From the NCBI GenBank assembly GCA_001800825.1, contig MGWD01000025.1:15303-58089 (forward strand): 42,787 nt of DNA, written 5' to 3'. Of the stretch, positions 1 through 7,129 are shown one piece after another. The position numbers and the translations under genes are program-made. The notes under the pieces are model-generated. The model saw nothing but the letters and a program-made list of their open reading frames with translations. It was not told the DNA's origin and did not search any database. Numbering within the stretch: the stretch's first letter is position 1; each line of letters begins with the position of its first letter. Source of the DNA: Euryarchaeota archaeon RBG_19FT_COMBO_69_17 (lineage in GTDB: Archaea; Thermoplasmatota; Thermoplasmata; RBG-16-68-12).

Positions 1-962
1 ACGACGGAGTCGAGGATCTCCGCCCTCGCCCCGACGACGCTCCCCTCGAGGACGATGCTGTTCCGGACGATGGCGTGGGCTTCGAGCCGCACGTCGTCGT
101 AGAGGCATCCGTTGTCGAGGACGCTCTCGGCGAGGAGATGGGCGCCGGGGCCGACGTAGCACGGGCCCACGAGGGTCACGCCCGGCTCGACCCGGGACGC
201 CGGATCCAGGATCACGGGCCCTTGGATCGTGACGCCTGCGCGGCGCAGGGGCTTCCCTTCCCTGCGCACAATCTCCATGGATGCTTTCCAGAGGTCGTGG
301 GGCCTCCCGATGTCCATCCACACACCGGAGAGCCGTTGGCCGTACAGGGCGAGGCCCTTCGCGAGGAGCTTCGGGAACAGGTCTTTCGAGAAATCGAACT
401 TCTCGTCCGCCGGGATGAAGTCGAGGACTTCGGGCTCGAGCACGTAGATCCCGGCGTTCGCGAGGCGGGAGAACGCCTCCTCCTTCGACGGCTTCTCCCT
501 GAACTTCACGATCCGGTCCGACGGGTCGAGCCCGACGATCCCGTACTGGGTCGGGTCGTCGACCTCCGTGAGGGCGATCGTCCCCACGCCACCCTTGCGC
601 TTGTGGAACTCGGACAGGGCCTTCAGGTCCACGTCCGCGAGGATGTCGCCCATCGCGACGACGAACGTCTCGTCGATGAAGTTCGCGACCCGGCGGACGG
701 CGCCGGCGGTCCCCGCGGGGTTCTCCTCGAAGCTGTAGAGGATCGACGCGTTGTACCCCCGCCCGTCCCCGATGCTCTTGATGATCGTGTCGCTGAGGTA
801 CGCGGTCGTGACCACGATCTCCTGGAACCCCGATGCGGCGAGGGACCGGAGGACGTACTCGATGCAGGGCTTCCCCGCAACGGGCATCATGGGTTTCGGC
901 CGCTTGTACGTCAGGGGTTTGAGGCGGGGCCCCTCCCCGCCTGCGAGGACGATCGCCTTCAT
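1..962 (-). CDS. sugar-1-phosphate nucleotidyltransferase (NTP-transferase fold plus C-terminal left-handed beta-helix); C-terminus runs off the window
   Basis: My own minus-strand translation from ATG at 962-960 gives MKAIVLAGGEGPRLKPLTYKRPKPMMPVAGKPCIEYVL..., which carries the LAGGxGxRLxPLT signature. Hexapeptide-like repeats appear near the window edge. It is absent from the ORF track because it is open-ended. Its ATG overlaps the stop of the upstream gene (ATGA at 959-962). Confidence 0.8.
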   Translation of the reverse strand, partial: MKAIVLAGGEGPRLKPLTYKRPKPMMPVAGKPCIEYVLRSLAASGFQEIVVTTAYLSDTIIKSIGDGRGYNASILYSFEENPAGTAGAVRRVANFIDETFVVAMGDILADVDLKALSEFHKRKGGVGTIALTEVDDPTQYGIVGLDPSDRIVKFREKPSKEEAFSRLANAGIYVLEPEVLDFIPADEKFDFSKDLFPKLLAKGLALYGQRLSGVWMDIGRPHDLWKASMEIVRREGKPLRRAGVTIQGPVILDPASRVEPGVTLVGPCYVGPGAHLLAESVLDNGCLYDDVRLEAHAIVRNSIVLEGSVVGARAEILDSV

Positions 963-1831
963 CGGCCTATCTCCACGCGCCCCTTCCGGAGGAGGGCCTG
1001 GAGCGCCTCGTCCGCGGACGCCTCGAGCTTCTTCTCGTCGAGGAGGGCCGCCCGGACCGCGCGGTTCTGAGCTCGGATCAGGTCGCGGGCCTCGCGAGCT
1101 TCCGCGCGCTTCGTGGTCCGCTCGGAGAGGACCTTCTCCCGCATCTCGAGGACCTTCGCGTGGATCTCGTCCGCCTTCGCCTTCGCATCGAGGTACGCCT
1201 CGTGCTTCTGGTCCCCTTCCTGGCCGAGGGTTGTGATCGACGCGACGAGGGCGTCGAGCTCCTCGTCGAACGCGCGGGCCTTGTCGGACGCCTCGACGGC
1301 GGCCTTGTGCTCCCGGTCCGCATGGGCGAACAGCTCCGTGATCGACGCGTCCACGTCCTGGACCTCCTTGAAGACCCCGTCCTGCTCCTTCTTGAGGCCT
1401 TCGAGCTCCCGCATCTGTCGGAGGCGGGCCTTGAGGTCGTCGAGGAGCTCATTCTCCTCCGCGAGGGTCAGGGTCGCCGTCTGCTGACGGAGCTCCATCG
1501 CCGCGACCTCCCGCTTCGCGCGGCGCAGCTCCTCACCGAGGGACCCGCCCATCGTCGTCCGGAGCCTCCGTCTCATCTCGATGAGGGCTTTCGCCTTCTG
1601 CTGGAATGCGTCCCTCCGCGCGCGGTGGGCGCGGGCCTCCGCGACGAGGGCCGAGCGCTGGCCCTTGAGCTCCCGGAACCTCCCGCTCAGCTCGCGTTTC
1701 TTCTCGTGGACGAGGTCCCGCTCCTGGCGCAGGACGCGGCCCTCGTCGTTGAGGGCGTCCCTCTTCTCGAGGAGGCTCTGGAGCTTGATCTCCGCTTTCT
1801 CCAGCTCAGAAAAACTCTTCTTGCGGACCAA
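959..1831 (-). CDS. conserved archaeal coiled-coil protein (COG1340-like)
   Basis: The 290-aa ORF is E/K/R/L/A-rich with heptad-like periodicity throughout (KAEIKLQSLLEKRDALNDEGRVLRQERDLVHEKKREL...). It has lysine usage despite the high GC and is translationally coupled to the downstream nucleotidyltransferase. The family assignment is from memory. Confidence 0.6.
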   Translation of the reverse strand: MVRKKSFSELEKAEIKLQSLLEKRDALNDEGRVLRQERDLVHEKKRELSGRFRELKGQRSALVAEARAHRARRDAFQQKAKALIEMRRRLRTTMGGSLGEELRRAKREVAAMELRQQTATLTLAEENELLDDLKARLRQMRELEGLKKEQDGVFKEVQDVDASITELFAHADREHKAAVEASDKARAFDEELDALVASITTLGQEGDQKHEAYLDAKAKADEIHAKVLEMREKVLSERTTKRAEAREARDLIRAQNRAVRAALLDEKKLEASADEALQALLRKGRVEIGR

Positions 1832-1876
1832 GGGCTCCCCCGGGGGGACGATCTGCGGCTATTTGGTGAACCGCCA

Positions 1877-2689
1877 TTAAGCTTTCGCCCTCGCAATCGC
1901 GTCCGTCAGGAGAGCGATCTCCTCCGGGCGGAGTTCCTCCACGCGCCGCCGGAGGTACGGGAGCCCCAGGAGGATCCGCTCGAGGGCCTCGGGGGAGCCC
2001 GCGAGGCGGCGCCACGCGAGGCGGAGCCCGTTCTCGATCGTCTTCCGGCGATGCTCGAAGAGGGCGTCGACGACGGCGTCGAACAAGTCCGGGTGTTCGA
2101 GGGGGAAGGGCGGGGGCCTCGGCTCGAGCCGCACAAGGGCGGAGTCGACCCGAGGCTGGGGCCGGAACGCGTTTCTCGGCACCCGCTCGAGGACCTCGCA
2201 CTTGGCCCGGCGGTACACGCCGACGGAGAGGCGGGAGTAGTCCGGGGTGCCGGGGCCGGCGACCATCCGCCGGGCGAACTCCCACTGGTACATGAGGACC
2301 GCACGGTCGAAGGGGGCCGCGAGGAGGCGGAACGTGAGCGGCGAGGAAATCCGGTAGGGGAGGTTCGAGGCCATGACGTCGAACGGCGGCCACTCGACCT
2401 TGAGGGCGTCCCCGTGGACGATCTCCGCCTCGGGGATCTCGTCCCGCAGGTACGCGGCGAGGATCCGGTCCGCCTCGATCGCGACGACCTTGCGGGCCCT
2501 CGCGACGAGGCCCCGGGTGAGGACCCCGAGGCCCGGGCCAATCTCCATGACGACGTCGTCTCGCGTGACCCGGGCGTGGTCGATCTGCCTCGCGGCGACC
2601 CGCGCGTCGACGAGGAAGTGCTGCCCGAGGCCCTTCCGCGGCCGCGCCCCGAGGCGCGCGAGGATGCGCGCGGGGTCCGAGGTCGCCAT
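1877..2689 (-). CDS. ksgA: 16S rRNA (adenine1518/1519-N6) dimethyltransferase
   Basis: 270 aa with GQHFL, a SAM-binding EIGPGLGVLT motif and NLPYxISSP, all typical of KsgA/RsmA/Dim1. Confidence 0.93.
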   Translation of the reverse strand: MATSDPARILARLGARPRKGLGQHFLVDARVAARQIDHARVTRDDVVMEIGPGLGVLTRGLVARARKVVAIEADRILAAYLRDEIPEAEIVHGDALKVEWPPFDVMASNLPYRISSPLTFRLLAAPFDRAVLMYQWEFARRMVAGPGTPDYSRLSVGVYRRAKCEVLERVPRNAFRPQPRVDSALVRLEPRPPPFPLEHPDLFDAVVDALFEHRRKTIENGLRLAWRRLAGSPEALERILLGLPYLRRRVEELRPEEIALLTDAIARAKA

Positions 2690-2734
2690 GGCCCGGGGAG
2701 GGACGCCCCGCGATTTAGGCTTGAGCCCGCGACG

Positions 2735-4411
2735 TCACACGGCGAAGGAGATCGTCACGCTCGAGGCCCGGTCGGCCCCGAGGGTCGCCATGAGGGAGTA
2801 CAGGCCCGGGGTCAGGACCCCCATGGACGAGGACACGGACCACGTCGAGCCGCCCGACGGCAGGTACACCCGGTCCTGGTACGTCCAGAGGAGCCCGCCG
2901 AGGGAGTCGAACAGGGCGAGGGCGATCGTGTCCTCGATCACGTACGTCAGGGGATCGTCCCCGCGCTGGACGAGGACGGTCGCCGTCGCGGACCCGTCGG
3001 GGGCCACGCGGGCCTGGAGGTCCGCGATCCAGTGGGTCCGGTTCCCGCCGCCCGGCAGACCCTCGTCGAAGTCCGTCGCGAGGTACGCGGCGGTCCGGTA
3101 CGTCGTCAGGGGGGCGATCCGCGCGACGCTCGGGGTGATCGACAGGACCGCCTCGTAGGGGCCGTCGAGGCCGCGGGCCTGGATGTCAGGGCCGTAGAAG
3201 GAGAACTCCGCCCACGTAAGGCCGTCCGACCACCACGTCGTCGTCTGGAACCCGGTGATCTCCGTCCGCCCGTCCCCCGAACGCAAGGTCCCGACGAGGT
3301 CGAAGCCCGACGAGAGGTAGACCTCGACCTCCGCGCGCACTCGCAGGGCGTCGTACCGCCCGTCCGCGTCCCAGTCGTCCGTCGCCTCCTCGAAGGCGCC
3401 CGTGTAGCGGGCGATCTCCATCGTGTCGTCGTAGTCCGACGCGGCGTAGGGGGCTGTGCGGCCACACAGGGTCTCCGGATAGTAGGGATACGGGTAGGAG
3501 AGGCCGGGATCGACGACGCCCGTGCCGTTGTACCAGTCGTTCATCCCGTAGATCGTGAGGGAGAATCCCCAGGGCCCATCCTGGCCGCCCATCCGGATCT
3601 GGTCCCCGCGGAACCGCAGGACGACGGACGTGTCCCTCGTGTCGAGCCGGACATCGTCGTACGCCCAGGCGACGCTCCACCACCCCTGGTTCGGGTCCGT
3701 CGGGGCCGTGTGGAGGTCCCCGTTCACGCTGAACAGCCCGGGGGTCGTCACGACGACGTCCGCGCGGATCTCGAGGAGGTCGTACAGGCCGTCGTCGTCC
3801 ACGTGGACCGGGACGTCCGCGTAGGTCCCCGTGAAGCGGACGGGGCGGACGAGCTCCTCGAAGTCCGTCGCCCGGTATGCCTGGGTCGTCGCGTTCCACG
3901 TGACCCCGGAGGGCCACGGGTACGGCTCAGGCATGATGAGGCCGGGGTCCAGGAAGCGCGGGACGTCCCCGTTGTAGAGGACCGCGCGGACGAGGTACGG
4001 GCCGTCGACCCCGGAGCGGTGGATGTCCGTCCCCAGGAAGGCGAAGCGGACCGTCTGGGCGCCGGCGGGGAAGAAGTAGCGCTCGTAGGCGCTCGCGAGG
4101 ACATACTCGGGCCAGATCGTCTCGTAGCGTACCGGGATGGGATAGGGGCCCAGGCAGTCGCCCGTCGCGGGCGGCGTGGAAGAGAGGAGGCTCGCGGAGA
4201 TGTCCCAGTTCCCCGCGTCAGGGAGGGTCACGTCGGCCTCCACGACGAGCCAGTCGTATGCGCCATCGCCGTCCGTGTCGAGGCCATAGTCCGTCCCGGG
4301 ATCGCCTTCGAAAGGGGCCGGATCGAAGGCGGAGAAGACCGTGAACGCGGCGCCGCCGGTCGCGAGGCTCAGGGACAACAACAGCACGATCGTCCGGAGG
4401 GTCAGGAACAT
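2735..4411 (-). CDS. secreted protein built from 3-4 tandem ~145-aa repeat units, unknown function
   Basis: N-terminal signal-like segment MFLTLRTIVLLLSLSLATGGAAF. Repeat landmarks recur: Y-x-A-T/S-D-F/Y-D/E-E starting each unit, then DGxYDxLxVxAxV, then G-x-DGPY/W. No C-terminal TM segment. Confidence 0.8.
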   Translation of the reverse strand: MFLTLRTIVLLLSLSLATGGAAFTVFSAFDPAPFEGDPGTDYGLDTDGDGAYDWLVVEADVTLPDAGNWDISASLLSSTPPATGDCLGPYPIPVRYETIWPEYVLASAYERYFFPAGAQTVRFAFLGTDIHRSGVDGPYLVRAVLYNGDVPRFLDPGLIMPEPYPWPSGVTWNATTQAYRATDFEELVRPVRFTGTYADVPVHVDDDGLYDLLEIRADVVVTTPGLFSVNGDLHTAPTDPNQGWWSVAWAYDDVRLDTRDTSVVLRFRGDQIRMGGQDGPWGFSLTIYGMNDWYNGTGVVDPGLSYPYPYYPETLCGRTAPYAASDYDDTMEIARYTGAFEEATDDWDADGRYDALRVRAEVEVYLSSGFDLVGTLRSGDGRTEITGFQTTTWWSDGLTWAEFSFYGPDIQARGLDGPYEAVLSITPSVARIAPLTTYRTAAYLATDFDEGLPGGGNRTHWIADLQARVAPDGSATATVLVQRGDDPLTYVIEDTIALALFDSLGGLLWTYQDRVYLPSGGSTWSVSSSMGVLTPGLYSLMATLGADRASSVTISFAV

Positions 4412-4448
4412 GGAATCGCACCCTGCCCGACGCCTAGGGATGTCTCTC

Positions 4449-4457
4449 CATATAAAC
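4449..4457 (-). promoter_or_regulatory. TATA-like box (TTTATATGG on the minus strand) upstream of the secreted repeat protein
   Basis: This is the only AT-rich element in the 4412-4539 gap. It lies about 40 nt upstream of the ATG at 4411 and is preceded by a purine-rich BRE-like GGAGGACG. Confidence 0.4.
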
Positions 4458-4539
4458 GTCCTCCGGATGTTCGGGGACCCCCGAACGACCCCGAAGGGCC
4501 CCGACCAACCCTTATTACAGGCAGGGTCGATGGGGGCGC

Positions 4540-4833
4540 GTGCCCGTCGGCCCCGGGCCCGTGGCCCTCCAGGCGGAGGGAGGCCTGCCGTGCGTGACCG
4601 TGGGGATCCTCATCGGCGTCCTCGTCCTCGTCCTCGCCTTCCTCATGGCCTACCAGCGATACATCGCGGGGAAGAAGCCCGTCCAGCACCTGTGCGACTA
4701 CTGCGGGCACATGGTCTCCGTCGTGAGCGACTGCCACCACGCGCCCGTCCGGGAACGGTTCCTCCACGGGATCTGCCTCGAATGCAAGAAGGAGTGCCGG
4801 CTCGTCTGCGCGAAGTGCAAGCGGCCCGTGTAG
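4540..4833 (+). CDS. small membrane-anchored Cys-rich (zinc-ribbon-like) protein
   Basis: One TM helix (VGILIGVLVLVLAFLMAY) followed by CDYCGH...C-HH...CLEC...CAKC. The start more likely is GTG 4594 or 4600, since GGAGGGAGG at 4575-4583 looks like a Shine-Dalgarno site. Confidence 0.6.
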   Translation: MPVGPGPVALQAEGGLPCVTVGILIGVLVLVLAFLMAYQRYIAGKKPVQHLCDYCGHMVSVVSDCHHAPVRERFLHGICLECKKECRLVCAKCKRPV

Positions 4834-5073
4834 GCCGGCGCGAGGAGTCGCTTCACGCACCCCCCGTCGGAAGGGCCTTCCCCCTCCGCGACGGGCCTCC
4901 ACTCCGAGGTACGAGTGGATGAAGGTCGGCTGCGCCGCTCGGGTGCGGGACTTCTCCGGGCGGCGGGCGAGGATCGGCTCATCGAACTCGCCCGACGTAC
5001 CTCCACCTCGCGGTACGCGGGAGGACCGCCTCGGAGGCCCTCTCCCTCGCGAACCTTTATCCCCTGAGGCCGC

Positions 5074-6156
5074 GTGGTCCCGCGCGTGCCCGTCGCGGAA
5101 CGCCCCTGCGGCTCCCTGATCCGGGGGACCCTCCCTCAGGGATGTGCCCAATGCACGGAGGGCGCGAAGATGGTCCTCTTCGTCACGGGCCACTGCTCCT
5201 TCCACTGCTTCTACTGCCCCGTGTCCGACGAGAGGATGTACCGGGACGTCGTCTACGCGGACGAGAAGAGGGTCGAGCGGGACGAGGACGTCCTCGAAGA
5301 GGCCCGCGCGATCCGGGCGAAGGGCGCGGGGATCACGGGCGGGGATCCCCTCGAGGCCCTCGACCGGACGTGCCACTACATCCGCCTCCTGAAGGCGGAG
5401 TTCGGGCCCTCCTTCCACACCCACCTCTACACGATGACGACGGACCCTGTGAAGATCGAGGCCCTCGCGGACGCCGGGCTCGACGAGCTGCGCCTTCACG
5501 TCCCCCCAGGCCTTTGGGCCCGGGTCGGGTCGAGCGGCTTCACCGCGGCCGTGCGCCTCGCGAAGGCCCGCGGGATGACCGTCGGGCTCGAGGTCCCCTT
5601 GATCCCCGAGCACGAGGCGGACCTCGTCCGGCTCCTCGAGTGGGCGGAGGCGGAGGGCCTCGCCTTCGTGAACCTCGACGAGTTGGAGTTCTCCGACGCG
5701 AACTACGGGCGGATGAAGGTCCACGGATACGTGAACAAGCACGATCTCTCGTACGGCGTCAGGGGGGCCGACGACGTCGCCCGGCGGATCCTCGGACGGG
5801 TCTGGAAGGTCACCGTCCACTACTGCACGAGCGGGTACAAGGACGCCTGGCAGCTCCGGAGCCGGATCAAGCGCAGGGCGGAGACGGTCCGACGGCCGTG
5901 GGACCTCGTCACGGAAGACGGGACGCTCCTGAAGGGGATCATCGAAGGGGACGGCCTCGACGGCGTCCTGGCGGCCTTGCGGCGGACGCACAAGGTCCCC
6001 GAGGACCTTATGGCGTACGACCCCGCGCGGGGGCGGATCGAGATTGCGCCCTGGATCCTCGAGGAGATCGCGCCCCGGCTGGGCCGGGCCTCCTTCGTCG
6101 TCGAGGAGTATCCGACGGCGGACCCCCTCGAGGTCGAACGGACCCGGCTGCCGTAG
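5074..6156 (+). CDS. radical SAM protein (COG2108-like, pyruvate formate-lyase activase-related)
   Basis: CX3CX2C cluster in GHCSFHCFYCP, preceded by a CAQC pair, with a GGDPL motif. The start may be GTG 5086, which lies about 26 nt after TTTAT at 5056-5060. Confidence 0.85.
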   Translation: MVPRVPVAERPCGSLIRGTLPQGCAQCTEGAKMVLFVTGHCSFHCFYCPVSDERMYRDVVYADEKRVERDEDVLEEARAIRAKGAGITGGDPLEALDRTCHYIRLLKAEFGPSFHTHLYTMTTDPVKIEALADAGLDELRLHVPPGLWARVGSSGFTAAVRLAKARGMTVGLEVPLIPEHEADLVRLLEWAEAEGLAFVNLDELEFSDANYGRMKVHGYVNKHDLSYGVRGADDVARRILGRVWKVTVHYCTSGYKDAWQLRSRIKRRAETVRRPWDLVTEDGTLLKGIIEGDGLDGVLAALRRTHKVPEDLMAYDPARGRIEIAPWILEEIAPRLGRASFVVEEYPTADPLEVERTRLP

Positions 6157-7129
6157 CCGCGCACGCCGCGCAGAGGATCCGTCCCGGGTCGGCGAGGGAC
6201 CACGGCGGGTCCTTCCCCCCGCATCCCTCGCAGGAGACCCCGCGGACCCGTCCCGTGAAGGCGTCGATCCGCACGTCGACGGCCCGGCCCCTGGAGAGAC
6301 GGAGCCTCCCGCGGACCCCGAGCGCGAGGACCGCGCGCACCCCGACGAGGACGGCTCGCACCCTCGGCTCGTGGCGCTCGAGGGCCTCCACGAGCCGACG
6401 GTCCCGTTCCCCCTCGATCGTCCGAACGACGTCGTCGGCGACGGACGGGTCCGCCTCCCGGATCTCCGCCACGGTGCGGTCGAAGTATCCGAGGATCCGA
6501 CGGACCTCCTCCTCGAGCCGCGCGAGGGACTCCCGCCGGAAGGACTCGACGAGCCCTGCGGTGCGGGCAGCGAGCGCGTCCCCCGCGGCCCGGTACAGGG
6601 ACGTAAGTTCAAAGCCCGTCGAGGGCCACAAGGCCGCGGGGTGAGCCGCCTCCGCGAGGGGCTCCGGGACCTCCCAGGCCTCCGAACCGTCCGCCGGGAC
6701 TGCAAGGACATGGATGGACTCCCGCTTCTCGTCCGACTCGAGGATGAGGCGGAACGGGAACAGGAGGATCCACATGGATTCCGTGCTCTCCCGGATGAAA
6801 CGCGCGGAGGCGAGTCCCACCGGCGCGAGGGACGAGCCGACCCAATCCTCCCCGGGAGGTTCGAACCGGGCCGCATCCCACCGGCCCCGCCGGATCGCAA
6901 AGGCGAGGACGCGCTCGAGGAGGTAGCTGCCGGGCGCGAGCAGCTCCGCGTCCGTGCGGGCCGCGACCTCCGGGTCCAACGTGATCCGGAGGTCCCCCGG
7001 TGCGTCGAGGTCCGTCGCGAGCCCGGGGGGCATGTGGACCCAGAGGACACCATCCTCCTCGGAGACCTCCGCGCCCGCGTCCTCGAGGGCGTCGCGGACG
7101 AAGGCCTCGAGGCCGTCGCGCGAGCTCAC
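6008..7129 (-). CDS. SNF2-helicase-associated protein with a C-terminal CxxC-x16-CxxC zinc ribbon (possibly YqhG-like)
   Basis: 373-aa ORF whose ATG overlaps the SNF2 stop (ATGA at 7126-7129). The protein-like sequence ends at the ribbon (C300, C303, C320, C323; ribbon ends near 6161). The last 50 aa are an R/P/G/S-rich tail lying inside the convergent radical SAM gene. Confidence 0.7.
   Translation of the reverse strand: MSSRDGLEAFVRDALEDAGAEVSEEDGVLWVHMPPGLATDLDAPGDLRITLDPEVAARTDAELLAPGSYLLERVLAFAIRRGRWDAARFEPPGEDWVGSSLAPVGLASARFIRESTESMWILLFPFRLILESDEKRESIHVLAVPADGSEAWEVPEPLAEAAHPAALWPSTGFELTSLYRAAGDALAARTAGLVESFRRESLARLEEEVRRILGYFDRTVAEIREADPSVADDVVRTIEGERDRRLVEALERHEPRVRAVLVGVRAVLALGVRGRLRLSRGRAVDVRIDAFTGRVRGVSCEGCGGKDPPWSLADPGRILCAACAATAAGSVRPRGGPPSDTPRRRRRPGPAGARSPRGSRAQSRSAPARGRTP

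Noticed and set aside
1160-4597. 1145-aa plus-strand ORF, plus neighbouring long ORFs 75..1070, 751..1236, 1806..2393, 2373..3158 and 3186..3917
   Set aside because: Their composition is R/G/P/E/D/L-rich with no motifs. They lie antisense to, or out of frame with, well-supported genes (nucleotidyltransferase, coiled-coil protein, ksgA, secreted repeat protein). These are typical stop-codon-poor shadow frames of a GC-rich genome.
4906-5003. 8-bp inverted repeat GAGGTACG / CGTACCTC in the 240-nt gap between the Cys-rich mini-protein and the radical SAM gene; considered as a possible ncRNA or regulatory stem
   Set aside because: A single 8-bp match separated by about 80 nt is expected by chance in GC-rich sequence. 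There is no supporting covariation or additional structure.
4402-7053. 883-aa minus-strand ORF, plus 5142..6644, 6044..7189, 7000..8952, 7310..8767 and 8081..9229
   Set aside because: They are low-complexity Arg/Pro/Gly/Ser translations overlapping the radical SAM, SNF2-partner and SNF2 genes, which carry clear catalytic motifs in other frames.
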